From NCBI GenBank assembly GCA_965113315.1, contig OZ220371.1: a DNA stretch of 64,000 bases, one strand, 5' to 3'. Source of the DNA: Podarcis vaucheri. Taxonomy: Eukaryota. The notes under the pieces are model-generated. The model was not told where the DNA came from and did not search any database. It saw only the letters and a list, made by a program, of their open reading frames with translations. Shown here one piece after another: positions 1-12,586 of this stretch; the stretch's first letter is position 1, and each line of letters starts with the position of its first letter. Position numbers and translations under genes: made by a program.

Positions 1-244
1 AAATGTGCAGATATCCTTGAGGGTTGTGTACCCCTTCTAACCAAATAATTGGGCAATTCCTAGTCAGTGTGCTGTGTTTTTACTATTCCAGTAGGGTTTG
101 TAAGTTATTTTGAAATTCTTCTGCTGCAGCAAGGGTGCTCACATTATTGGGCATAAATCGGTCATATCTATTAATTTCAGTGGACTCCATGTAAGACCTG
201 TGAGTCTGATGCAGTTTTGAACTTTGGTCTTATGTCTTGTGCAG

Positions 245-442
245 AATGGACTCTCTCCGCTTCATATGGCAGCCCAAGGTGACCACGTGGAGTGTGTCAA
301 ACACCTACTGCAGCACAAAGCTCCTGTCGATGATGTCACGCTGGATTACTTGACTGCCCTCCATGTTGCTGCACACTGTGGCCACTATCGTGTCACCAAA
401 CTTCTGCTGGACAAGAGAGCAAATCCAAATGCTCGTGCTCTG
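245..442 (+). CDS. ANK2: ANK2 exon, 198 nt, two ankyrin repeats ([14 protein letters not shown]...NPNARAL); ~human exon 11
   Basis: gcag|AATGGA ... GCTCTG|gtaaac; phase 0/0. Confidence 0.96.
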
Positions 443-3135
443 GTAAACCTTTCCTGTACCTCTACTGGAACACAAGGGGTCTTTGGACATTCTCCTCCAC
501 ACATGCAGTGAATGCATGAAAAGGACTCAGTGCTTACTGGCCTCTACCCCTGATGTTAGCATGCCTACTGCCTCTGCCCCCAGTGTCCATGCAGCTTGCA
601 TGGGCATTATGGGGGCAGGGCCTCTTGGACTACAGATGCCAGGGCTGAAGCCAGCAAGCACATGGTGCCCCTTCCTGCTCCACACATTCAGTGTTCGTGT
701 GGAGGGGGAGCATCTGCAGAGAGCCACAGTCACATTGATCCAGCTGCTTCTTGTGACTGTCCGAACTCTCATGTGTGCATGCAGTTCCTACCTCTTCAGG
801 GGGTTCCCCATTGCTCCCTGCAATAAAGGGGTACACATTGCATTCTGTATTGAAAGGAGTGTGTAGTGAGCTACGCAAATGACAATCTAATGGTTCTAAT
901 GTGTGATTCTAGACATTGCAGTCTCTGCTACTGCCTAATAATTCTAATTCAGTAGGTGTGTTCACACTGAACTCACATTTGCTTGTAGGAGGTTACAGCC
1001 TTTTTCAGGGGAGGCAAGGAAACTAGATCTATTAGCAGGTGGCTTTGGGCTTCTCTTCCCCTCCCAACCCCCTCCTCCCCCCAAGCCTCCCTTGCCTCAC
1101 AGCAAACTATTTGTAAGGTCCACTCCATTTCAAAAATAGTTTGTATTATGGTGAGCGTCAATGGTTAAAAATAAAATCCACCAAGTCAATGCAAGCCCCT
1201 TGTGTGTGTCCAAGCAGCTCTCTGAATTCTGGCCCAAGTTCTCTGCAGTGCATTAACCGTCCTCGCAGCTGCCATATAGTCTCTTTAATATTTCAGCAAC
1301 ATGGATTCTAAGGCTGCAATACAACCCCACTTACACAGAAGTAACCATGAGTTGTCCATTAGGATTGCAGTCTAAGTAGACTCCACCCTATGCTGATTAT
1401 TAATTGGCATTTAAAACAAGCTGTGTTTGAAATTCAGGTTTCCAGACTGTTGACGTAATTGGCATCAATTGGCTTATGGCTCAGACAATTCAATTGATAT
1501 GCCTCTCCAAAGGAAGAATTATGTTTTTATGATGTATAATAGGTAAGCTGTTGCTGTTGATGGCTATTCTCACAACTTTACTTGTATTATTTATTCTAGC
1601 CGATACACTCATAAGTTTAAAGCAGCTAAAATTGCAGTTAATTGACTAAAACAGCTCTGTCTGGAAACTACGTAAAGAGAAGGATCTTCTGTTTCTTTGA
1701 TGCTATGTGAACATTTGGTTTAACAGAAGCTGCTAATATCACTTCCCATCAGTTGTCATGTTTGCCTATTTCCAAAACAGGACTATTTCTGAACTATTTC
1801 TAGTTCAGAAATAGTGTATCTAAAAATTAAGTAGCTTCACAGTTAACATAAAAAAGAAAAAAAGAAAAAGATTTTAAAAATGGCACTTTAATTCCTAGTG
1901 TCCTCATTCTTTACAGAGTTCTGATGCTTAGTGCTTCATAAAAAGCCGTTTGAAGAGCACTGGCCTCCTAGTGGCACAAAGTAATACACACAACAGCAAG
2001 CCTTAATCAAAACCTTGTCGTATATTGCTGCATACATACATAGATACATAATAATCCAACTTGCAACTTGAACGGAAAAATGTTGCTTGTGTTGGCTTTC
2101 AGTTCATGGTCTCTTTACAGCCATGTGCAATATTCGCGTTTTGGCATCCCACGTCAAATGTTACTTTTGGCATGTCAAATAGTGAATCTTGCATGGAGTG
2201 GCAGAAGTGTACTGCTAACTCACCACAGGTTAAAGCTGCTAAGTGTCAGCCTGAGAAAGGGGTTGCTCATGCTTGCCCTGTCCCCAGAGGTTTGTGAGAG
2301 AGAAAGCCCTAGCATATATGATCCTTTAAGCAGTAGCTGTGTCATCTGATACCAGAAAAGAGCCCTGTTCTCGATTTTTCCATGATAAACCAGATGACTC
2401 AGCTTTTATTTTTATTTTATTTATAAAACATACACACACAATGTATGATTTCACATTTCCAGATGAAACAACAGATAATTCTGGTATGTTTCAACAGATT
2501 TTTAAACTATTAAATTACTGAACTTAGTCATTAGAGACCAATGTCACACCTAAGCTAATTGTCAAACATAAGTGGCTTCAGTCAGGAGTGGTGATATGTT
2601 TTCATTACCTTTTAGCAACTGTTAGAAAAAGAAGAGCCAAGCAACAACACCATTCATTCTCGCTTCTCTAACACAGGCATTAATTAGTGAGACAGTTAAA
2701 ACTTAGAGTAAATCAGAGATGTGAAGACATGCCCTCCCATTTTTTCCTAATATTTAAAATAAAAAGAAGGGGGAAAGTTATGGAGTATTTACTTTCAAAA
2801 TGGCTATGTGTGAAGGACTTTTGAAAATGGTATTTTAAAACCATAGTGCTGTGAATCATATTTACACATTTTGGGATAGCACTATTTTTCATGTGAAGAT
2901 CACCACACAAATTAAATTGCAGATGGGACACATTTTGTATTTTCAAAAAGGCACTTTAGCTTCACACATTCTGTGTCTTCATTCATGCTGGGATTAAATG
3001 GGAATAAACTGGCCCTGGAGTATATGCTTTTTCAGTATGTCGGAACCTGACATTACTGAAGAAAATCTGATAATCTAACGCTGTATGAGAACTGAGGGGT
3101 GCATGCTATAACTAACCTGATTGTCTTTTGCACAG

Positions 3136-3234
3136 AATGGTTTTACTCCACTGCACATTGCTTGCAAGAAAAATCGCATTAAAGTCATGGAACTGCTGGT
3201 GAAATACGGGGCTTCTATCCAAGCTATAACAGAG
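3136..3234 (+). CDS. ANK2: ANK2 exon, 99 nt, one ankyrin repeat ([33 protein letters not shown])
   Basis: cacag|AATGGT ... ACAGAG|gtagag. Confidence 0.96.
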
Positions 3235-3372
3235 GTAGAGAAATTTCCTAAAGAAGCATCTCTCCCCACTATTTCTTCCTTCTCTTAGTTCCGCACTCTC
3301 CTTTTAAATAAATGAGGAAGATCCTAAAGGCACTCTGCAGAGGAGTAAAATTGCTGTTGCTTTATTTCACAG

Positions 3373-3471
3373 TCGGGCCTTACACCAATACATGTGGCTG
3401 CGTTTATGGGGCATTTGAACATAGTTCTCCTTCTGCTGCAGAATGGAGCCTCTCCAGATGTCACTAACATT
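3373..3471 (+). CDS. ANK2: ANK2 exon, 99 nt, ankyrin repeat ([33 protein letters not shown])
   Basis: tcacag|TCGGGC ... AACATT|gtgagt. Confidence 0.96.
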
Positions 3472-3729
3472 GTGAGTATGGCTTACATCTGAGTAATCAT
3501 AGTTTTGCTGCACTGCCATGTGTGTTACCCAAAATGTTACATTTGGTATCGTTAATTTATTAAGCTTCCCTATAAATTTGTATTGCATAAATGCATACAA
3601 AAGGGGGGGGAGGATGTGTTTTTCTTTCTTTTGCTCTTCTGTCTGTCTTTGGTTTAGTTATTATATATAGATATATGTTTAACTTCTCAATAAAGAAAAT
3701 CTTAAGTGTTTAAGAGGCAATGTTGCTTT

Positions 3730-3904
3730 GAGCCCGTGTGGTGTACTGGTTAAAGTTTTGGACTAGGACCTGGGAGACCAGAGTTCAAAACCCCTAGCCT
3801 ATCACACAGGGTTTTGTGGGAATTAAATGGTGATGAGGAGGAGGAGAACCACCTTGAGCTCCTTGGAGGAAAAGGTATTATATAAATGCAATAGATTAAC
3901 AAAT
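3730..3904 (+). mobile_element. tRNA-derived squamate SINE (Squam3-like), internally deleted
   Basis: A-box-like TGGTGTACTGG and B-box-like GAGTTCAAAACC; 3' end ACCTTGAGCTCCTTGGAGGAAAAGG...ATAAATGCAATA; same family as the 18600-18804 copy. Confidence 0.65.
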
Positions 3905-4505
3905 TTCAGGTTCCCTGACTTTTTAAAAAATGACACCTTTGTGGTATTGGCAGACTTGACTTGACTATAGTAATAAGTGTTTGTGTACATAAACAAACAT
4001 ACCTCTAGCTACCATCAATAGTCTTCAAAATAAACTTTGATTTAAAAATTGCCCTTGAAAGAAAATAATTCATTCTAAACATGTTTACATGGAAGTTAGT
4101 TGTTTTGAATTCATTGAGATTTAGTTCCTAGTAAGTATAAGATTGCTGCCCAAATCTAATTACGCGTCAGATTCAACTTTTGCCTGTGCTATTTGCTAAA
4201 TGCTTAAATCATCCAAGTGTAAAGGCAAATAGCCTTTTATAATATTTATTACTAACAATCAAGATTGCTTAAGTGAAGCCAGTCCTAATTCTCTATTTAT
4301 ACATACAGTTAATTTTGCCATGTATAATTTATTCATAATTTCCATGAATAAATTATACATGGCAAAATTAACTGTATGTATAAATAGAGAATTAACAAAA
4401 GTTAACAAAATTACAGCTGGGAAAATAACCAAGGAGCATAAAATAGACGGTAAAAACATTTCAATCTGAAGTTTTTAATACCTGATTATTGTTTGGTATT
4501 ATCAC

Positions 4506-4854
4506 GTGGGTGGTGCTGTGGGTTAAATCACAGAGCATAGGGCTTGCCGATCAGAAGGTTGGTGGTTTGATTCCCTGTGATTGGGTGAGCTCCCGTTGCT
4601 CGGTCCCTGCTCCTGCCAACCTAGCAGTTCGAAAGCACGTCAAAGTGCAAGTAGATAAATAGGTACCGCTCCAGCGGGAAGGTAAACGGCGTTTCCGTGC
4701 GCTGCTCTGGTTCGCCTTAAGCGGCTTAGTCATGTTGGCCACATGCCCCGGAAGCTGTACGCCGGCTCCCTTGGCCAATAAAGCGAGATGAGCGCCACAA
4801 CCCCAAAGTCAGCCATGATGGGACCTAATGGTCAGGGGTCCATTTACCTTTACC
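4506..4854 (+). mobile_element. Sauria SINE, near full length, with 9-bp TSD
   Basis: Diagnostic core CCTGCCAACCTAGCAGTTCGAAAGCACGTCAAAGTGCAAGTAGATAAATAGGTACC; (TTTACC)n tail; TATTATCAC repeated at 4497-4505 and 4855-4863. Confidence 0.92.
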
Positions 4855-5623
4855 TATTATCACTTAAACCTGACAGTTGAATCAGTTATTGTTTTCAGAA
4901 GTTAAATTTAACTTGAACGGTCTGCAAAACTAAAAGTCTCGTGGAGATTCATGAACTATTCTAATGTGAATAATATGTTTTGGATTATGGAAAGATCTGT
5001 AGAAACACCGTGATACATCTGGAACTACCAGAGAGATGACCTAGTCATGTTGTGTCCTGTCAACTGAATTATAGTCTCTTCATCAGGAGGTTATATATTG
5101 CTGGTTGTGAGCAGGGTTATTCCTCTCCTGTCCACATCTCCATCCTATTTGGTCTGCTGGCAGAGACATGATTGAGGTGGTGATGCGTGAGGCAAAGCAG
5201 AACTCAGGCTGGGTATAGGGTGAGGTTCAGGCTAGATACTGGGCAAAATGTGCTAGTTCAAGGTGAGGGGAAGGGTTCCCGCTGAATCAGGGCTCAGGCT
5301 GTGCTCTAGAAACATAGCACTTCAATGTTACTTCAGCAAGGAGCAAACTGAGCCCTATATAGAAGCAGCAATATGTGCATCCTAAGTGTTAGAAAGGAGC
5401 TGCTTTGATTAAAGGGGTCCAACCACCCCTATCCTCCTTCTGGGTCTTCAGTGATGTCATCATAAGTCCAAGTACAGCACCGCCAGGTTCTCTGGCTGGA
5501 GGGATAGTCCCCCCCCATTGGTGAAGATTAATCTAGCCTCTTGTTTCTAGATATATGGCCCTCAAAGACATGCTCAGCAGTGGCATTTTAGGAGGAATTG
5601 CTAAATGGAATCATAGCTGAAAG

Positions 5624-5769
5624 CAGTGGGGGTTTTTTCCAGGGGGTACTCAAGGGTACGCAATACAGGCACTGTTTTTGGTTGTTGTTGTTGTTGTTAA
5701 AAATTGTGACACTTACTGTAACAACTTCATGGTGAGTACCAGCACCTATTTTTCTAGAAAAAAGCACTG
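5624..5769. mobile_element. hAT-like MITE
   Basis: Termini CAGTG...TTTTTTCCAG and CTAGAAAAAAGCACTG; imperfect 8-bp flanks GCTGAAAG / GTTGGAAG. Confidence 0.6.
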
Positions 5770-5915
5770 GTTGGAAGGGACCCTGAGGGTTATCTAGTGT
5801 AACCCCATGCAATGCAGGAATCCCAGTGCATGGTCCCCCATCCAGTTTGAAACCATATTGGATCTTTCTTAGCTTTGCAAATGTGCTAGCTCTTTTATTG
5901 CTGCACCACTAGGAG
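5770..5915 (-). mobile_element. SINE with CR1-derived 3' tail (antisense)
   Basis: Reverse complement reads TTCCTGCATTGCATGGGGTTACACTAGATAACCCTCAGGGTCCCTTCCAAC, the same tail as 48165-48314. Confidence 0.6.
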
Positions 5916-5929
5916 GATATTCACTCATC

Positions 5930-6099
5930 TTCTGCCTCCATGGTCAGAGGCATTGCTGCCAAATACCAATTGCTGGAGATCACAGGGCTCTTGCACTCAT
6001 GTTGCAGACTTTCTGCAGGCATCTGGTTGACCAATGGAAGAACAGGACGCTGAACTAGATGGGCCATTGGCCAAATCCAGCATAGTTTTCTTATGTTCT
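5930..6099 (+). mobile_element. CR1 LINE 3' end fragment
   Basis: GGCATCTGGTTGACCA...GAACTAGATGGGCCATTGGCC...CCAGCA...TCTTATGTTCT; related copy at 20265-20475. Confidence 0.6.
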
Positions 6100-6246
6100 G
6101 ACTAGCTTTGCATTAGGGACATTTTGGATATTAGGAGTAGAGGCTTTGCTTCCATTGCACTGAACACTGACCAGTATGAATGAAACTAATAAGGTGTTCA
6201 TTCGGGTGGCTAACACATTAAAAAATCTGGGGTTTGTTTTTTTCAG

Positions 6247-6345
6247 CGTGGTGAGACTGCATTACATATGGCTGCTCGTGCAGGACAGGTGGAAGTGGTG
6301 CGCTGCCTCCTGAGGAATGGTGCACTAGTTGATGCCCGAGCAAGG
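6247..6345 (+). CDS. ANK2: ANK2 exon, 99 nt, ankyrin repeat ([33 protein letters not shown])
   Basis: tttcag|CGTGGT ... GCAAGG|gtaggt. Confidence 0.96.
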
Positions 6346-6605
6346 GTAGGTGTTTTCATATATCTGACTCTGCACTTTATTACAAAAGCAGAAGAGTTTC
6401 TGAGTGTGCTATCTACAGGTCGTCCCCCTGCCCCCCACTCCCAGCCCTTGGGTAATTTTGTAGATTTATTTGTAGTGGAGAAAACATTCCGTATGTATCT
6501 ACCTTTTGAACACATCTAGAATAATTATTTGAAACTGGGGGAAATGAGGCTTCATCTTTAATAACAACAGTCCCACTCTAACTTCTGTCCTTCTTTGAGT
6601 TGTAG

Positions 6606-6803
6606 GAGGAACAGACTCCATTGCATATTGCCTCTCGCTTGGGTAAAACAGAAATTGTCCAGCTGTTACTGCAACACATGGCACACCCAGATGCAGCAAC
6701 TACTAATGGGTATACACCGCTGCACATCTCTGCCCGAGAAGGTCAAGTTGATGTAGCATCAGTTCTTTTGGAAGCAGGTGCAGCACACTCTTTGGCTACC
6801 AAG
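6606..6803 (+). CDS. ANK2: ANK2 exon, 198 nt, two ankyrin repeats ([14 protein letters not shown]...AHSLATK)
   Basis: tgtag|GAGGAA ... ACCAAG|gtaaaa. Confidence 0.96.
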
Positions 6804-6875
6804 GTAAAATCTGAAGTTTTGGTACAAACAGTCTAATAGTGAGCTGGCTAATGCTAGTATTGAACTTCCATTAAG

Positions 6876-7113
6876 TTTTCATCAAGTCTCTCTCTATAGA
6901 TCGGGAATAAGGGTGCTTGCTTAATTTGACTGTTTTGAATTCTGATATGAACTGACGTGATGCACACCTTCCAGATTGGAACTGACAGCACAGTTCTCCA
7001 AGTTCCAATCATCTGAAAGGTATAGAGCAGGTCAGGTCATATCAAAATTCACAACCATCAAATTAAGCAAGCATCCTTATTCCTATACAATAGATAGAGA
7101 GACCTGATGAGGA
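6876..7113. repeat. Long imperfect inverted repeat (~240-bp hairpin), possibly an inverted Penelope-type remnant
   Basis: Left arm TTTTCATCAAGTCTCTCTCTAT...GGAATAAGGGTGCTTGCTTAATTTGA pairs with right arm TCAAATTAAGCAAGCATCCTTATTCC...ATAGAGAGACCTGATGAGGAA. Confidence 0.8.
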
Positions 7114-7233
7114 AAGATGAGGATTTGATGAAGCGCTTGGTGTCTACTCAGAAGGAAGATTGATTGAGGTCAATGGGTCTTACTCTCAGAAAATTCTTAG
7201 TATCAGAATATATTTAGAAATGTGTATTTTGAG

Positions 7234-7658
7234 TAGGGATGGGGGAGAAATTAAATTCCATTTCATTTAAGGCCAAAGCTACCCAATTTACACCTTCCAA
7301 AACAATATATGAACCAAAACACAGCCAATCTTCAAAATTCCAGTTCTCAGAATTTTGCAGTGCAGTTCTTCAGCCAAGTAATGTGTACAAAACTTCATGT
7401 ACTAAAATAAAAGTGTACATTAAAATGCATATATATTAGTGAAAGTAACATACGAAATGCTTTATTATTAGGGGAAATATGCTTTGTAAGTTTTTTTGTG
7501 TGTATTGGAAGAAATTCACGTTAAAATTCAGATGAATTTTCTTGAGGATCTTATTTTCTTTAAAAAAAAAACACAAACTGATGTGGAAATGTAGGAAACT
7601 GAAGATGGAAAAATCAGAAACAGGGAGAAACTGAGATTGATAGATTAATTCATCCCAA
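7234..7658. mobile_element. Non-autonomous hAT-like DNA transposon (425 bp)
   Basis: Termini TAGGGATG...CATCCCAA; 8-bp flanks ATTTTGAG / ATATTGAG (7/8 match). Confidence 0.65.
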
Positions 7659-8862
7659 ATATTGAGAAGAAAGGTACATTTAAAAGCGAATTTTCATGCA
7701 GGTGCTGAAAAAATGCAGAGCTATAGTTAAGTTAGAAGTGGCTGGCACAGTGGAGCGTTGTCCTCCTGACACCAGTGTCACTGCTTCTCTGGACAGGGCA
7801 AGGCAGTAGTCAGATCAAGGATGCCCAGGCACACCAATGGATAGAGTTCATTGCCTCCATTGTTGTTGTGCCAGCACAATCCTGATCTCACTACTACCAT
7901 GCCCACTCACCACTCAGGTAAGTAGTAATGGTGTTGGCATTGAGATAGTGAGTCTGCAGCGCCAGTCCTGAGTTTGACTAAAGTAAATTCTCCAAAGCAG
8001 TCTTCCTTCCAGACGTTTCAGTGGTCATGAGTTGGAATCCAAAAAAGTATGGAGGGCACCAGCTTGAGGAAACCTGCTTGTAAGCACTGTAAAGTAAAAG
8101 CAGTTTATAATACATTTAATATGTGCATAAACTGAGTGATATCTGATAGAGCTACCATTGCCATATTACCTTGTTCACCTTAACATATCACTTTCTAAGT
8201 GCCGGTTTCCCGAAACTGGCACAGTGATTCGGAGCAAGAGGTATTTGATCACAGGCAGATGATTATTAAGACAGCTAAAATACATGGGGTGAACGTGTGT
8301 GTGTGACTTGTATTCAGATGATTAATTCTTAAAGAGTTGCTTGATTTAGACCTGATGAGTTATTTAAATAGCTGCATTCATTGTTCCCTAGTAAAGAATA
8401 TGGGTTGTTACAAAAGAGGATGCGCCACCCAGTACGGAAATTGGAGGTGAAATGGTTTTACACCAGTTAAAAGAAGTGAAGACATTTTGAAGATATGACA
8501 TGAGTTCAAGTTTATCAATAGTCCACACACCTTCAAAGCTGACATGAGAATTGTGTACAGGAACCTGCTGATAATGCAGAGAATTTTGACCTACAATTCC
8601 TATTACCAAATCCACAAATTGCTTTTTTCAGACTCCTGGGAGTTTAGGAAACAGTCAGGGGGTACTGTGAAGGCAGTTGCTGAGAAGGAATATCTCATAG
8701 CAAAATTGAATGCATGCACAGATACTGCATGTCAGATACTGCATATATACAGTATACACACACTCAACACATACACCCTGCCTTTCAAACGCCCTGCCTT
8801 TCAACATGTATTTGGTAAGTGGGATGTCTTAATTTTGTAAGTTGTGTTCATTTACTTTTTGT

Positions 8863-8899
<37 letters not shown>
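8863..8899 (+). repeat. (GAAA)n microsatellite
   Basis: ~9 tandem GAAA units. Confidence 0.95.
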
Positions 8900-8900
<1 letters not shown>

Positions 8901-9313
8901 GCAGGCGTCTATAATAACTTCAGATCATAATAATAATAAAATAATAATTTTCAAAGCAGCTTACAAAAAACTGAAACCTACAATATGCAAATTTCAAAAT
9001 ATAAATTAAACTTCAGGTTCGAACATTAGAACAACATTGATGGTGTAAAGGCCTCCTGAAATAAAACTGTTTCACTTAGCACCTGAAACTTATTTCCTTT
9101 TAGGGGTGGAAATACTTAGCAAGTTGGGAAATATGCTATGGACCCTTGGGAAGTTATGATTAATTATTTTTTCAGTTCCTTTAATGATAAAATTTGATTT
9201 TAATTTGAGGGCTAAGCAGTTATTGCATTGAGAATATGTAGGGATTATTCTTTAAAACCAAGTAATTAAGATTATATTAATGTTTTTGGTTTTTCCCACC
9301 TGTACATTTTTAG

Positions 9314-9412
9314 AAAGGATTCACACCGCTGCATGTGGCAGCTAAATATGGAAGCATTGATGTGGCGAAACTCCTGCTGCAGCGCCGTGCATCTCCTGAT
9401 TCATCTGGAAAG
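9314..9412 (+). CDS. ANK2: ANK2 exon, 99 nt, ankyrin repeat ([33 protein letters not shown])
   Basis: ttttag|AAAGGA ... GGAAAG|gtagga. Confidence 0.96.
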
Positions 9413-10738
9413 GTAGGAATCAGTGTCTGAATTTCCTTTTCCAGTCAATACTGTTAATAATTTTCCATTGCAGCTATTAGAAATAGCTTTTATTTATATA
9501 TTAGTTTGTTTATATATTAATATAAATAAAATGCAACTGATGATCCCAAGAGTGTCATAAATTAATTTTTGACACCAAAAAGGACTTGTATGCGCAGGAG
9601 TGTGGTTAACAAACACTGAAATATCATTAGCATTGCAGAAAACAAATCTGAAATATTATATTAGTTAATTAATGACATGCAGTTGACAGACAAATTTTAT
9701 TCCATAATTGTAGAATTGGGCAACAAATCAGGAACTTATATGGGGAAATGGTTAAGAGACTCAGGGCAGGAATTAAATACAGCAGAAAGTAGCTGGATAG
9801 GGGTTAATTTTTTTAGCAAGAATGATATCCATAGTTCTGAAATAATTATTTTTTTTAAAAAAAACTTTTAATCAATAGTATCTAACTCCATATAAACTAA
9901 GTCAAATCTATCCAAATACACAAAGCAGTTATCGGAGATGTAATAACCTTCAAGCAGATTTCATGCGTGCATCTTAGCACTGTCTAATTATGCATATGGA
10001 ACACTTTGCACAATCTTATTGTAAAAGTTTTGGTTTCTTGCCAGCACTGCTGGTCCTAAGTCAAATTTCCTATTCACACTCCGCAATATCTGTAGGTAAA
10101 GCTTCTCCATGTTTCTCTGCCAGCTACAGCTAATTATGTGCAATAGTGGCAGGGAATGATATCACAGCAAGTTGAATTAGATAGCACACAGCAGGTGGGA
10201 GAGAACTTGATAGGGCTACCATTTTCAGCAGAGTTCGTGTTCTCTGTAATGTAAATTTTTGTTCTGATTACATAAACATGTAATTCCACATTGACTTCTC
10301 AGTAGTGAGTGTGGTAGGATAAAAGTACAGTGATATGGATCAAGTCCCCCCCCCCCCGAACTTGACAAATGATTCTGTTGGTAAGACTGAATTATTTTGC
10401 TTTACTCCATTCTGTAATTCATATTTGAGCCTCATTAGCCTACAGGGCATAATAGCGTGGTTAAAGTTGTAAAATATATAAACTAGGACAATTTAAATTA
10501 ATTCTTAATAGCCTATCCCCTTTCAAAGCAAAGCCCCTTAACTAATGATTTCTTTAATGCCCTTTCTGTTCCTAAGCAACTTTTCTAATATGAAAATAAT
10601 TCACCCTGAGTTCGATGTTTATGTTGTGCTGTTATCAGTCAATCGCTTCTTATTTAACATATTTTTTTGTAATGTAACGGTAGCTTGAAGCAGAGCTAAC
10701 CATCACTAAATGCCATAACATAAACCCGCCCTTTCCAG

Positions 10739-10837
10739 AATGGCCTCACCCCCCTCCATGTTGCTGCTCATTACGACAACCAGAAGGTGGCCCTACTGTT
10801 GCTGGAGAAAGGTTCTTCCCCCCATGCTACTGCTAAG
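10739..10837 (+). CDS. ANK2: ANK2 exon, 99 nt, ankyrin repeat ([33 protein letters not shown])
   Basis: ttccag|AATGGC ... GCTAAG|gtgaga. Confidence 0.96.
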
Positions 10838-11279
10838 GTGAGATTTCCTATTCCATTCAAGAATGTTTCCTTGGAGTTCTGACAGTATAGGTGATGCTTA
10901 TCTGTTTTTATCTATGAAATAGTTGCATTAAAATTGCATACTGTCTAACAGAAGTAGACCTTTAAGCTTTCGGGGGGAATCTCCAGGGACGGACAGGATT
11001 TAAGAAAAGCCATTGCATGGTCCTGTTCTTGAATAATGTGCAAACCTTTGAGGATTTCACTACTGACTGGTGTCACAAAAATATCCCATGCTGCTGTGAT
11101 CTGACACAAGAATCCCTGGCTGATTTCTTGCTTGCTGAAGAATATTCCTCCCTTAGGTGGAAGATTTAGACTCAGTAAAAGTAAGAAAGGAATGGTCGTT
11201 TTCTGGAGAAATAGTGCATTGATATTTATTGTGAAAGAAAGCAGGCATTACATATTAATTCAAAGCAACTGGTTTTTAG

Positions 11280-11477
11280 AATGGATATACCCCTCTGCAT
11301 ATTGCTGCTAAGAAGAATCAGATGCAAATAGCCACAACCCTGCTGAATTATGGAGCAGAGACCAATATTTTGACCAAACAAGGAGTGACTCCACTTCACC
11401 TGGCCTCTCAGGAAGGTCATGCTGACCTGGTGAACTTACTCTTGGAGAAAGGAGCTAATATCCATGTGGCCACAAAG
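11280..11477 (+). CDS. ANK2: ANK2 exon, 198 nt, two ankyrin repeats ([14 protein letters not shown]...NIHVATK)
   Basis: ttttag|AATGGA ... ACAAAG|gtaatg. Confidence 0.96.
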
Positions 11478-11639
11478 GTAATGCCTTCTTGTTAATGGAA
11501 AACCCTAATGCTATCTAGAAAATGGAAAGAAGGGATAGTATTGTGACACAGTTAACAGAAAAATATTATTGTATGTTGAATATGCAGCAACAGATAAATA
11601 TGTTTCTATCCCGATAAAATCTGGATAGTAGAAGCTTTC

Positions 11640-12340
11640 TAAAACACTTTCTTGCTTGGTTTTTGGTGCTGTACTTAGGCAGTTCTCATGGCCTGGTTCT
11701 CTGCCTATAGAATAACAGAGGAGTTTTTCATGCATTTATTATGTTGGTGCTGCGATGTTGTTGGCATGACTGTGGGAGTTGGTCAGTTGTGTAGGGAGAT
11801 CTGTTCTTGGAAAGTTTCGTTCATTCCTGAGAGAAAGGCCCCAAAGGCTTGTGATGGACATTTGCTCATTGTCCTCATAGGATGTTCTTCAAGATGTTCT
11901 CCTGTTCAATATGTGTATGAGGCCCCTGGCCATAGCATTCAGAGCTATCAGGTCTCTCATGATATCCAACTCTACCTTTGGCATTCATCTTCTTCAGATC
12001 TGCACTTGCTGCTCTTTCATGTTGGGCCATAACTGGGGATTGGCTGTGAGTGAGCTTCCTAGAATTAAATCTAGTCATGGCGGATGTGATAGACAGAATG
12101 ATAGCTGGCAGTCTTTCTGACTTGTAAGTGATTAAGATTCCTTCCATTGATGGGATTCAGGCCCCCTGGTAGCACTAGTTCACAGCGTCGGGATGTTCAT
12201 GGTGAGAAGACATCTTCTCTTCAATGAAGACATAGCTACTACCATGCATGCCTTTGTATGCCTGAGGCTTGACTGTGGTAATAAGCTTTATGTTTGGTTG
12301 CTGCTGATGCTGTTTCAGAAGGTTCAGCTGTTGCAAATAC
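11640..12340 (+). mobile_element. Old, degenerate L2 LINE RT fragment
   Basis: Decayed motifs CTCCTGTTCAATATGTGTATGAGGCCCCTGG (LFN.M.PL), GATATCCAACTCTAC (D.QLY) and AGGCTTGACTGTGGTAAT (RLD..N), homologous to the young L2 at 25.5-27 kb; boundaries approximate. Confidence 0.6.
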
Positions 12341-12387
12341 TCCTGTATCTATAATACAATAAAGGACTGTTTATATTTAATTTACAG

Positions 12388-12486
12388 AGTGGATTGACAT
12401 CTTTACATTTGGCAGCTCAAGAAGATAAAGTGAATGTAGCAGATATCCTGATAAAACATGGGGCAAACAAAGATGCCCAGACTAAG
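12388..12486 (+). CDS. ANK2: ANK2 exon, 99 nt, ankyrin repeat ([33 protein letters not shown])
   Basis: ttacag|AGTGGA ... ACTAAG|gtatat. Confidence 0.96.
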
Positions 12487-12586
12487 GTATATCAGTAACT
12501 TCCAAGATGATAAAATAAATTTCCAGTGTGATATCATATTCACTACTTATTTTTTGTGGTTTTTTTGGGTTGCTTTTTATTTGTAG

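Noticed and set aside
5040-5560. Possible solo LTR or other repeat
   Set aside because: Composition suggests a repeat, but no termini or TSD could be defined.
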